A stretch of 64,000 nt of DNA from Candidatus Nanoarchaeia archaeon (GTDB taxonomy: Archaea > Nanobdellota > Nanobdellia > Pacearchaeales > GW2011-AR1), in NCBI GenBank assembly GCA_028718805.1, contig JAQUKY010000006.1, forward strand, positions 1,927 to 65,926, written 5' to 3'. The translations under genes and the position numbers were made by a program. Within the stretch, counting starts at the first letter, position 1. Each line of letters starts with the position of its first letter. The notes beneath the pieces were generated by a model, which did not search any database, was not told the origin of the DNA, and saw only the letters and a list, made by a program, of their open reading frames with translations. Below, piece by piece: positions 20,262-29,362 of this stretch.

Positions 20262-20759
20262 GTGAAAATGGTTGAACCTATACTTATATCTCCGTTTTTT
20301 ACAAGCTATGTATTGCCGTTTGTTTTAGTGTTTACTTTAATTTTTGCTTTGCTTCAGAAGACTCAACTTTTGGGTGAGGGAAAAAAACAGATTAATGCAA
20401 TTATAGGATTGATTATAGGATTGATTTTAATAGCTTTTCCTACTGCGAGAGATATTGTTGTTCAATTAATGCCCTTTTTAGCTGTTTCTGCAGTTATCTT
20501 ATTTGTTTTTATGCTGATCTATGGATTTATTATGGGTAAGAAAGAAGATGTTTTGCATAAAGGAACTAAGATAGCATTGGGGATTATTTTTGCTCTGGCT
20601 TTTATCACTGTTCTTTTATATGTCTCTGGCTGGTGGGACCCTATATACAATTTTATGTTTAATCGGGAAACAGGTTCGCAGATCTGGATTAATCTGCTTT
20701 TAATTGTTATAATTGGCGGAGCAATTGCTGCTGTTGTCGCTACTAAGGATAAAGCTTAA
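20262..20759 (+). CDS. Membrane protein, paralog 1 of triad
   Basis: LPFVLVFTLIFALLQKTQLLGE..INAIIG block shared with the next two genes. Confidence 0.7.
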   Translation: MKMVEPILISPFFTSYVLPFVLVFTLIFALLQKTQLLGEGKKQINAIIGLIIGLILIAFPTARDIVVQLMPFLAVSAVILFVFMLIYGFIMGKKEDVLHKGTKIALGIIFALAFITVLLYVSGWWDPIYNFMFNRETGSQIWINLLLIVIIGGAIAAVVATKDKA

Positions 20760-20905
20760 TCGTTTTATTTTCTGATAATATTAATAATACTCTTAGTTTT
20801 ATATTTGAGGTTTTATAGTAGCCTAAATATATTTCTTTGTGAAACAGAAATATATTTAAAGTCATTTAACGAAATATATGTAAGTTAAAAAGAGGTTAAT
20901 AAAAA

Positions 20906-21391
20906 ATGGCATATGTTGTATCATCTTCGATAACTAATATATTAAATGTATGGGCAGATATGGGCGTATTTGCTTATTTATTGCCTTTCTTAATGATTTT
21001 TGCATTAGTATTTGGGCTTATTAGCAAGTCAAAAATGCTTGGAGAGAATAAAGGGGTCAATGCTATAATTGCAGCTGCGGTTGGTTTGATGGCACTTCAA
21101 TTTGATTATGTTGCAACATTTTTTGCAACAATTTTCCCATTTGCAGGAATAGGAATGTCTGTTTTATTAGTTGCTCTGATATTAATGGGAATGATAACAG
21201 ATAATGAGAAAGCAACAAAATGGATTTTTTTTGGGATAGGAGCCGTAATATTCATATTTGTTATTGGCTATACTTTTTATAATGTACCCTGGCTTGGGAG
21301 TTATGCAGGGGAAGATTGGGCTCCTCTTTTAGTTTTGCTTTTGTTTATAGGCGGAGCTGTTGTTGCAGTAGTAATGGGAAAAAATAACTAA
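20906..21391 (+). CDS. Membrane protein, paralog 2 of triad
   Basis: LPFLMIFALVFGLISKSKMLGE..VNAIIA; AGAGGT ribosome-binding site. Confidence 0.7.
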   Translation: MAYVVSSSITNILNVWADMGVFAYLLPFLMIFALVFGLISKSKMLGENKGVNAIIAAAVGLMALQFDYVATFFATIFPFAGIGMSVLLVALILMGMITDNEKATKWIFFGIGAVIFIFVIGYTFYNVPWLGSYAGEDWAPLLVLLLFIGGAVVAVVMGKNN

Positions 21392-21557
21392 TTTCGATTC
21401 TGGTAATATTAAGATTATTATTTCTATAATATGCAAAACTTAAGAGAGCTCGGAAATTCAAGCTTAATCTTCTTAAGGAGAGCTTAAAATCGTTTGTGAG
21501 ATTAATGATAAGAAATATCCCAAAGGAAATGTTTATAAATTGCAAAGGATTTTTTAA

Positions 21558-22067
21558 TTGATGACAATTGATGTATCTGGAATAAACTTTTTTATGCCCA
21601 TATTCAGTTTTCTATTCGTATTTGTAATTGTTTATGCATTATTAGCCAAGACAAAAATTATAGGGGATAACAAGTTTGTTCTTTTGGTAATAAGTTTTAT
21701 TATTGCAGTTGTTTTTATTAGCTTTTCTTCTTTGGAATTATTTTTAAGAACAAGTATTGCTTGGTTTATTGTTTTGCTTGTAGCTGTTTTCTTGATTTTG
21801 TTAATAGGCATGTTTTCTGGCAAGGATTGGGTTCCAAAATCAGGATTTGCCTGGGTAGTCATTATTATCTTATTAGTTATTTTTTTAATATCTGCGATAT
21901 ATGTATTTAATCCTGTCTTTCATCCTGACTTAGGTATCGCTTCTGGAGAAGGGACAGGTACAAGTCTTTTACAGCAAATTAGGGGGTATATGAGCGGAGG
22001 AGTTGTTGGTAGTGTAATACTTATTGTTATTGCGATAATTGTTGCTTGGATTATTACTAAAAAATAA
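21558..22067 (+). CDS. Membrane protein, paralog 3 of triad
   Basis: FSFLFVFVIVYALLAKTKIIGD block. Confidence 0.7.
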   Translation: MMTIDVSGINFFMPIFSFLFVFVIVYALLAKTKIIGDNKFVLLVISFIIAVVFISFSSLELFLRTSIAWFIVLLVAVFLILLIGMFSGKDWVPKSGFAWVVIIILLVIFLISAIYVFNPVFHPDLGIASGEGTGTSLLQQIRGYMSGGVVGSVILIVIAIIVAWIITKK

Positions 22068-22112
22068 TCTATTTTACCAAACCTTTTTAAATACCCCGCA
22101 TTTGACTAAAAA

Positions 22113-22274
22113 ATGGTTGACAGTTTTTCAAAAATTCATGAAACAGAATTATTTAAGAAATATGAATTGGAAATCAAATGCCCTAATTGCAGAAGCGAAG
22201 AGATAGTTGTAAGTATGAAATGTAATGGATTATTTTTTGTTTCTAGCTGCAATAAATGCGGGTATAGGGGTTAA
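22113..22274 (+). CDS. Small zinc-ribbon protein (53 aa), not in ORF track
   Basis: MVDSFSKIHETELFKKYELEIKCPNCRSEEIVVSMKCNGLFFVSSCNKCGYRG; two CxxC pairs. Confidence 0.6.
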   Translation: MVDSFSKIHETELFKKYELEIKCPNCRSEEIVVSMKCNGLFFVSSCNKCGYRG

Positions 22275-22406
22275 ATTTTTTAATCAATTGTTTTGGTAAT
22301 TTAATGAACTATTTTGCTTTTTGCAGGTGGGTGGATTAAGATTTTTTTTGAGTTTGCAGCATTAGTTTAGTTGAAGAATTATATTTTGAAGATTAAAATC
22401 TTGGAT

Positions 22407-23165
22407 TTATCTTAAATAATCTTCAAAATTAGATTTATCAGATTTTTTTTCAGTTTTTGTTTTAGGTCTTGGCCGTGTTGCTTCTTCATTACCATTAATT
22501 CCCTGCATCTGCCTGATGTTATCTGTTAATGGATTTAAAATCTTTGAAAAAGAATCCTGAGTTGCATGCATTTCTTTTGAGATATTCTTTATGTCTCTTC
22601 CATATTCTCCTATTTTTCCTATAATCGCCATCTGAAGTTCATTTAAAGTATTCTCTATTCTTAACAACCTTTCATTTATTTTTTCTATTTCTAATCCTAT
22701 ATCCTCTTTGAATTTTGTGAAAAAGTCCATTTGTTTTTTTAACTGGGCGGTTTTTTCTTCTACTATTTGGTCTGCTATTTCATTTACAGTTTCCATATCA
22801 GAACCAGGAGTATATTCAGGGTAATACGCTTGATAAGATTCATTAGCTTGAGAATAATAATCTGAGGTTGATGGTTGGTATGAAGATGGAATTTGTTGGA
22901 TAGGCTCCTCTATTTGTTGGGCAAATTGTTGTGGTTCTTGAGTTTGCATCATGCTTGGTTGCATTTGCTGAAAATTTTGTCCTTCTTGCTCATAAGCTGC
23001 TGCTTCATTTATTGTCTCTTGAGATAATGCAGACTTGATTTTTGACTGAGATAAAGATTCATGTATCTCTTTAGGAGAAACCCCCTCTCTTCTTAGAGCA
23101 TCTATTATTTGAGAGTCTGATTGACCCACTTGCCTCATTTGCATCACTCTTTCTAAAGTCCCCAT
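22407..23165 (-). CDS. Hypothetical protein with Gln-rich linker and coiled coil
   Basis: Q/P/Y-rich middle; heptad-like C-terminal half. Confidence 0.7.
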   Translation of the reverse strand: MGTLERVMQMRQVGQSDSQIIDALRREGVSPKEIHESLSQSKIKSALSQETINEAAAYEQEGQNFQQMQPSMMQTQEPQQFAQQIEEPIQQIPSSYQPSTSDYYSQANESYQAYYPEYTPGSDMETVNEIADQIVEEKTAQLKKQMDFFTKFKEDIGLEIEKINERLLRIENTLNELQMAIIGKIGEYGRDIKNISKEMHATQDSFSKILNPLTDNIRQMQGINGNEEATRPRPKTKTEKKSDKSNFEDYLR

Positions 23166-23400
23166 TTTTTTGTTTATTAGTAATTTATTTTGGTAATACT
23201 TAACTTATTCCGCTTTGGCTTCTGTTTCCATAGCGTTTTAGTTTGATTTTTATTGATTAGTATTTATTATCTATAATCTTCAAAACGATTTTAAGGCGGG
23301 TTTCAGCAGATTAAACTCTGATTGCCGTGGCTTATTTCGTTTTGTTTGATTACCTGTTTTTTTTCTTGTTATTTATGTTTTGATAAGTTATTCACGGTTT

Positions 23401-23772
23401 TTATTTCTTTTGTTTATTTATTTCTTCTTTTACTATGTCTTTTACATCTTTTATTCTTGCAAGCTCTAATGGCTGAAAAATCTGCGCTTGCCTTTCTAAA
23501 ATTTCTAATTCAGACTTTTTTGCAAGATTAGGCATCTCGTTTACCACTCTGCTCATTAATTGTTTGAGATATGAGATTTCAGAACTTATTTGTTTTAATT
23601 GCCTTTTGATTTCAAACTCATGTTTTGCATAATCCTCTTTAGTAGAAATAAGGTTTTCTCCAACCAATAAAATTCTGTCTTTGATTAGTCTTTGTTTTTC
23701 CTCTATTTCATTTAAACGGGTGCTAAATTCAGAAAATAATGAACTTATTGGGTCTTGTTGAGGTTCTGCCAT
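23401..23772 (-). CDS. Hypothetical coiled-coil protein
   Basis: Helical, charged 123-aa ORF, co-oriented with its neighbour. Confidence 0.65.
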   Translation of the reverse strand: MAEPQQDPISSLFSEFSTRLNEIEEKQRLIKDRILLVGENLISTKEDYAKHEFEIKRQLKQISSEISYLKQLMSRVVNEMPNLAKKSELEILERQAQIFQPLELARIKDVKDIVKEEINKQKK

Positions 23773-23826
23773 CTTTTTATAATTATATCAATCTTAGGTG
23801 ATTTAAATAAGTTTTGTTGAACTAAT

Positions 23827-24540
23827 TTACGATTTAGAAAATTTCCACAATGCCCCGAAATATTTTCTAAACGAATTAGCAATATCTTTATTCTCAACAA
23901 CCATCCCGATAGGAAGTTCAGACCATATAATAATGGCTACTTTGCTGCCATATATAAAAGTAGAAGTAGGAATAGAATAGGGTTCTGGGATAAACTTATA
24001 TGTTGTAAATGCCTCTTTTAGTACTGATTTACCTTTCATTGAGATGCTCATAATTGTTTTACTTTTAATTTTGAGTTCTTTTTTTCTCTTTTGAAATATG
24101 CTAAAATCATGTTGCATTACATCAGGGAAATTCTCATTTGAGCCGAAGACAACATATTCTTTTTGTTTAAGTATATCATTTAGTATTGATCTTACGCCCT
24201 TTCTCCCTCTGTAAATATTTGCTTCTTGTTCTTCTTTTGTTGTTTCATAAGTATTTTTTAATTGAGGAAGAAGATTCTGAGCTTGTTTTTCAATTGCTTT
24301 GATTTTTTCAATAATAAAATCAGGGTTTGAAGCTTTGAAAACGCGTTTATTTGCAATAATGCTATAGGAAATATACCCTTTTTCTATTAGTCTTTCAATA
24401 GTATCATATATAGTTCTTCTGTTTATTTGGGTTTTTTTGCTTATTTGTCCTGCTTGCAGTGAACCATACTCTAATAAAATAAGGTAAATTTTAGCTTCAT
24501 TTAAATTAAATCCAATCTCCCGTAGGTCTTCTGCTTTCAT
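23827..24540 (-). CDS. TrmB-family transcriptional regulator
   Basis: IGFNLNEAKIYLILLEYG wHTH; IYRGRKG linker; FGALWK end; paralog of 37486 and 58400. Confidence 0.85.
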   Translation of the reverse strand: MKAEDLREIGFNLNEAKIYLILLEYGSLQAGQISKKTQINRRTIYDTIERLIEKGYISYSIIANKRVFKASNPDFIIEKIKAIEKQAQNLLPQLKNTYETTKEEQEANIYRGRKGVRSILNDILKQKEYVVFGSNENFPDVMQHDFSIFQKRKKELKIKSKTIMSISMKGKSVLKEAFTTYKFIPEPYSIPTSTFIYGSKVAIIIWSELPIGMVVENKDIANSFRKYFGALWKFSKS

Positions 24541-24580
24541 GATATAAGGATTATTTTAGAGTATTAAAACTCTTCTATAT

Positions 24581-24602
24581 TGTGGTAAGTATATTTACCA
24601 CA
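24581..24602. promoter_or_regulatory. Perfect palindrome TGTGGTAA-N6-TTACCACA, putative TrmB operator
   Basis: 8-bp inverted repeat in the divergent intergenic region between trmB and the lipoprotein gene. Confidence 0.6.
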
Positions 24603-24647
24603 GAAATATAAATAATCCTCAAACTTACTGTTATTAACTAAATTAAT

Positions 24648-24953
24648 ATGGAGAAAAAAATGAAAATGAAAATAAAAAATGCTTTAGTAACTCTAGCTTG
24701 TACGGGAGTTTTAGCTTTAGCTGGATGTAAAGATAAACCAAGGGAGGCTATGTTTCCTTACAGAGAGTGTTTTGGCTGTAAAGGAGAACAAGCTTATTCT
24801 TCTCAAGAAGTGATCCTGTGGAAGAGCAGAGGATATCAGCTGCCTGGGGTGAATCAACTTACAGAATGGGAACTGGCGGAAATGAATAGTTGTAAAGAAT
24901 TTGCAGAACATGAATATAAATCAAAATATGGTGTTCCATTTAAACACAATTAA
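24648..24953 (+). CDS. Small putative lipoprotein
   Basis: VLALAGC lipobox; CxxC. Confidence 0.55.
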   Translation: MEKKMKMKIKNALVTLACTGVLALAGCKDKPREAMFPYRECFGCKGEQAYSSQEVILWKSRGYQLPGVNQLTEWELAEMNSCKEFAEHEYKSKYGVPFKHN

Positions 24954-25004
24954 GTTTTTAATATAGCATGTTTTATTATTTTAATATAAAAGAGGTAAAT
25001 AATC

Positions 25005-27290
25005 ATGCTATTCAAACCAGGAACACCCTTATATTCTTATGAGGTTCAAAGGGAAGCAGGGGGACAGGCAGTTTATGTTAATTATTTAGGGGCTAGTTTT
25101 GTTCCCAACCTAGCAGATAATCCTGATATAATGAACAGGACCTTTGACTTACTTATAGAAAGCCCAGATGTTTCAAGGATAGTTTTTGTGCAGCAAAGGA
25201 ATTATAATTATAGTTCAAGTCAGATTTTTATGCTGCAGGAAATAGCTAATCTTTATATTTTTTTAACAAAACAGGAAAAAGTATTATCTCCTGTAAAATT
25301 ATCTATTTCAAATACTGAATATTTAAGCCATAGATACAATGATGTTGCATATTTGTTAATAACATTAAAAAGAGACCCTCTTGCCTGTTATTTTGAGTTA
25401 GAGAGGTTTATTGGTGAAGAAAAAGCAAATATGAGCAGTACGCCCCCTGAATTAAAATTTGATAAGGTTAGTTATATCAGGGTGCTGGAAAGATTTTATT
25501 CTCTTTTAGGGAATACGAGGCTGATTATAGAATCTGAGAAATATTTTGGGGAGTACAGATTTGGCAGCAGAAACATATATTTTCATTTTTTTAGGCCAGA
25601 TATAATCCCTAATTTTACTTTTACTAGACTTGCAGCGAGCTTGCCTGAAGATGCAGAAATTGTTCATCAGTATGAAATAGGCGAAGAGGAAGATATCTCT
25701 GTTGTTACTATTTTAAAAAAAGAAGAAGATACTAAATATTTTTATCATTTAATGCCTCCGGAATATTCTTTGGATGAAAATAAACAAAATTTGCTTAATC
25801 TGGCTAGAAATGTTTTAATTGAGCATCAGCCAAAAGCAGAAGAGTTTACAGACCCTGAAAAAACAAGGCAGGTTTTTTTTAATGTTTCAAGGGATTTGTT
25901 AAGTGAGTTAAGCGAGAATAAGGGAGTGAAATTAACCTATAATGAGTTGAATAAGTTAGCAAGAATTTTAGTAAGGCATACTATTGGATTTGGTCTGATA
26001 GAAGTTTTGTTGTATGATACTAATCTGCAGGATATTGTTTTAAATGCTCCTATTTCAGCTAATCCGGTTTATCTTAGACATGGGCAGTATGATGAATGCA
26101 GCACTAATATAATTCCTAGCAGAGAAGATGCTGATTCTTGGGCAGCTAAATTTAGAATGACTTCTGGCAGGCCGTTGGATGAAGCGAATCCTATTTTAGA
26201 CACAGATTTATCTTTAGGAAAGATAAGAGCAAGAATCTCTGTTATTCAGCAGCCCTTATCTCCAAATGGTCTGGCATATGCAATAAGAAGGCATAGAGAA
26301 GATCCTTGGACCTTAAGCCTGTTTATTAAGGATAAAATGTTAAATAGTTTTTCTGCAGGACTTTTAAGTTTTCTGATTGATGGAAGCAGGACAATGCTGA
26401 TTGCAGGAACAAGAAGTTCTGGAAAAACCTCTTTATTAGGAAGTTTAATGTTAGAAATCATGCCTAAATACAGAGTAATTGTTATTGAGGATACTCTTGA
26501 ACTTCCAGTTGATGCTTTGAGAAAACTAAAATATGATATCTTAAGAATGAAGGTCAGGAGCAGCTTGTTAAAAACAACAACAGAGATTGGAGCAGATGAA
26601 GGAATAAGAACAAGTCTAAGGCTGGGGGATAGTTGCTTGATTGTTGGTGAGGTAAGAAGTTTAGAAGCACAGGCATTATACGAAGCTATGAGAGTTGGTG
26701 CTTTGGCAAATGTTGTAGCAGGGACTATTCACGGAGCAAGTCCTTATGGTGTTTTTGACAGAGTTGTTAATGATTTGCAGGTTCCTGTAACTTCTTTCAA
26801 AGCAACAGATTGCATTGTTGTTGCTAATCCTGTTAAAACTCCTGATGGAATGAAAAGTATGAAGAGAGTTATTCAGCTAACAGAGGTAAGAAAACACTGG
26901 AATAAAGACCCTGAAGAAGAGGGAGGATTTGTTGATTTGTTAAAATATAATGTTGAAAAAGATAATTTAGAAGCAAGCGAGGAGTTAATTAATGGAGATT
27001 CTGAAGTTATAAAGTCAATTGCTTCAGGAGTAAAAGGATGGGCTGGAAACTGGGATGCGGTTTATGATAATATAGAACTCAGAGGCAGGATAAAACAAGA
27101 AATAGTTGATGTAAGTGAAAAATTAAAAATGCCTGAGATTTTGGAGTCTAAGTTTAATGCACTTTCAAATAATATGTTTCACCAGTTTTCACAAAAGATA
27201 AGAGAAGAAGTTGGGCTTCCAACAAGCGACAGAGTTTTTCCGGTCTGGCAGGAATGGCTGAAAACGGAAGTAAAGAAGTTTAGGGTTTAA
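25005..27290 (+). CDS. Type IV pilus/T2SS assembly ATPase (VirB11/TadA/ArlI-like)
   Basis: Walker A GTRSSGKT, IEDTLEL, IVGEVRS Walker B, GTIHG His box. Confidence 0.9.
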   Translation: MLFKPGTPLYSYEVQREAGGQAVYVNYLGASFVPNLADNPDIMNRTFDLLIESPDVSRIVFVQQRNYNYSSSQIFMLQEIANLYIFLTKQEKVLSPVKLSISNTEYLSHRYNDVAYLLITLKRDPLACYFELERFIGEEKANMSSTPPELKFDKVSYIRVLERFYSLLGNTRLIIESEKYFGEYRFGSRNIYFHFFRPDIIPNFTFTRLAASLPEDAEIVHQYEIGEEEDISVVTILKKEEDTKYFYHLMPPEYSLDENKQNLLNLARNVLIEHQPKAEEFTDPEKTRQVFFNVSRDLLSELSENKGVKLTYNELNKLARILVRHTIGFGLIEVLLYDTNLQDIVLNAPISANPVYLRHGQYDECSTNIIPSREDADSWAAKFRMTSGRPLDEANPILDTDLSLGKIRARISVIQQPLSPNGLAYAIRRHREDPWTLSLFIKDKMLNSFSAGLLSFLIDGSRTMLIAGTRSSGKTSLLGSLMLEIMPKYRVIVIEDTLELPVDALRKLKYDILRMKVRSSLLKTTTEIGADEGIRTSLRLGDSCLIVGEVRSLEAQALYEAMRVGALANVVAGTIHGASPYGVFDRVVNDLQVPVTSFKATDCIVVANPVKTPDGMKSMKRVIQLTEVRKHWNKDPEEEGGFVDLLKYNVEKDNLEASEELINGDSEVIKSIASGVKGWAGNWDAVYDNIELRGRIKQEIVDVSEKLKMPEILESKFNALSNNMFHQFSQKIREEVGLPTSDRVFPVWQEWLKTEVKKFRV

Positions 27291-27483
27291 AATTCTTAAT
27301 TAAAGAATCTAATCTCAATAATGCATAAAACCGATAAGTTGTGCTGATGAGAAGCTTGATGCTGTTGTGTATAGCTGATATAGAAATAAGATATTGATAG
27401 AGTATAAGAGTTTTGGTGTTTGTTTATTATAAGAAGATTTTGAGAACAATAATATTTATAACTACTCTTTGATTAATTAAAAA

Positions 27484-27798
27484 ATGGGATTTGGAACAGA
27501 TATAAAGAGGGATGCAGGTGAAATGGAATTTTATCTTAGAACAGGATGTGTTCATCAAAAATACCTGAATGAGATTTTAGGAGATCAAAGTGTCGGAGTG
27601 AGTGCGTTTAAAACTATGCCAAAAGAATTATTAAATCTCAAAGAAGCTGATTGGGTTAGAGAGATGAGAGAGTTTTATAATGAAAATGGTTTTTACAGAA
27701 CAGAAGATTTAAACAGGCTTTTAGGAGATCCTATTAGAGGAGTTACAATCAGTGAAGAAGGATTAATAGAAAGTTTAAAGAGATGCTCTGAAAACTGA
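27484..27798 (+). CDS. Hypothetical protein
   Basis: 104-aa ORF without a recognisable motif. Confidence 0.5.
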   Translation: MGFGTDIKRDAGEMEFYLRTGCVHQKYLNEILGDQSVGVSAFKTMPKELLNLKEADWVREMREFYNENGFYRTEDLNRLLGDPIRGVTISEEGLIESLKRCSEN

Positions 27799-27862
27799 TG
27801 TTTTTCTGATAAATATATCTTACCTTAACAATCCTTTTAAATCAGGAGTTTTAATTGATTTA

Positions 27863-29293
27863 ATGGATATAAAAGAGATACTGAATAATTTTTCTAAAGC
27901 AAAAATTGCTGTTATTGGGGATATAATGTTAGATAATTTTATTTATGGAATCGTTGATAGAGTTAGCCCAGAGGCACCGGTAATTATTGTTAAAGAGACA
28001 GGAAGTGATTGTAAGCTGGGTGGTGCTGCAAATGTTGCTGCAAATATTAGTTCTTTAAATGGAAAAGTTTCTTTATTTGGTTATACTGGCGATGATGAAT
28101 ACAGAAAAATTCTGATGAAACAATTTGAAGATAAAAATATTGATTCTTTCTTGCTTCCAGTTTTAGAGAAAACAACTAAAAAAACTAGGATTATTGGGAT
28201 TATTGGGGAAGACAAGCGGCAACAAATTGTAAGAATTGATCAAGAATGTTATGCAGGAGTTACAGAAGAAGTAGAAGAAAAATTAGCAAAAGCAGTTTGT
28301 AATAGGAACCCAGATATAATTATTGCTTCTGATTATGCAAAAGGAGGTTTAACCAACAGTTTATTTTCAAAAATCAGAGAATACAGCAATAAAACAAGGA
28401 TTATTATTGATCCAAAGCCAAAGAATAAGGAAAATTATTATGGAGCTTATTTAATAACTCCAAATACAAAAGAAGCCAGGGAAATGAGCCAGTTAGACTC
28501 AAATAATGTCGAAGAAATAGGAAGATATTTACAGAATAGGTTCAGAAGCAATATTTTAATAACAAGGGGAAAAGAGGGGATGAGTTTATTTGAAGGCGGT
28601 AAAATTATTGATCTTCCAACACAAGCAAGAGAGGTTTATGATGTAACTGGTGCAGGAGATACTGTAATTGCAGTTATGGGTTTGGGTCTGGCTTCTGGAC
28701 TGAATTTAGAGGAATCTGCTGATCTGGCAAATCATGCAGCAGGGATTGTTGTTGGGAGAGCAGGAACTGCAACAGTTTCTGCAAGTGAATTAGAGCAGAC
28801 AATTGAATCAGAGAATAAAAAAATAAAAAGTTTAGAAGATTTGAAGATCATCAGGGAAGATTATCATAAAAAAGGCAAGAAGGTTGTGTGGACAAACGGG
28901 TGTTTTGATTTAATCCACATTGGGCATATAGATTATCTGAAAAAAGCTAGGAAATTAGGAGATTGCCTTTTTGTGGGATTGAACAGTGATAATTCAATCA
29001 AAAAGTTGAAAGGAGAAGGCAGACCTATTAATAATGAAAAACACAGAGCTGAAACTTTATCTTCTTTGGAATTTGTTGATTATACCACTATATTCCCTGA
29101 ATTAACTTCTGAAAATTGTTTAAGGGAATTAAAACCTGATTTTTTTGTGAAAGCAGGCGATTACAATTTTGAAAGTATGAACCAGAAAGAAAGAAAAATT
29201 GTTGAAAATTATGGGGGAAAAATTGTGTTTATTCCTATTATTTATGATACTTCAACAACTGATATAATCAACAAGATAAAGAACGGCAGATAA
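27863..29293 (+). CDS. hldE: Bifunctional heptose-7-phosphate kinase / heptose-1-phosphate adenylyltransferase
   Basis: GDIMLD..YG..RVSPEAPV, GGAANVA, DVTGAGDTV (PfkB domain); TNGCFDLIHIGH and GLNSD (nucleotidyltransferase domain). Confidence 0.93.
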   Translation: MDIKEILNNFSKAKIAVIGDIMLDNFIYGIVDRVSPEAPVIIVKETGSDCKLGGAANVAANISSLNGKVSLFGYTGDDEYRKILMKQFEDKNIDSFLLPVLEKTTKKTRIIGIIGEDKRQQIVRIDQECYAGVTEEVEEKLAKAVCNRNPDIIIASDYAKGGLTNSLFSKIREYSNKTRIIIDPKPKNKENYYGAYLITPNTKEAREMSQLDSNNVEEIGRYLQNRFRSNILITRGKEGMSLFEGGKIIDLPTQAREVYDVTGAGDTVIAVMGLGLASGLNLEESADLANHAAGIVVGRAGTATVSASELEQTIESENKKIKSLEDLKIIREDYHKKGKKVVWTNGCFDLIHIGHIDYLKKARKLGDCLFVGLNSDNSIKKLKGEGRPINNEKHRAETLSSLEFVDYTTIFPELTSENCLRELKPDFFVKAGDYNFESMNQKERKIVENYGGKIVFIPIIYDTSTTDIINKIKNGR

Positions 29294-29362
29294 AAGATAA
29301 CCTCTCTTTACATAATGTTTATTAATTGTTATTTGATTATATAATTATAAAAAAGAGGAAAA

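Noticed and set aside
23775-24960. trmB plus lipoprotein unit as a sixth cassette
   Set aside because: No core or shared end sequence on either side.
27335-27390. Possible C/D box sRNA (CTGATGA...CTGA)
   Set aside because: The C box is imperfect, there are no clear C'/D' boxes or terminal stem, and no target can be tested.
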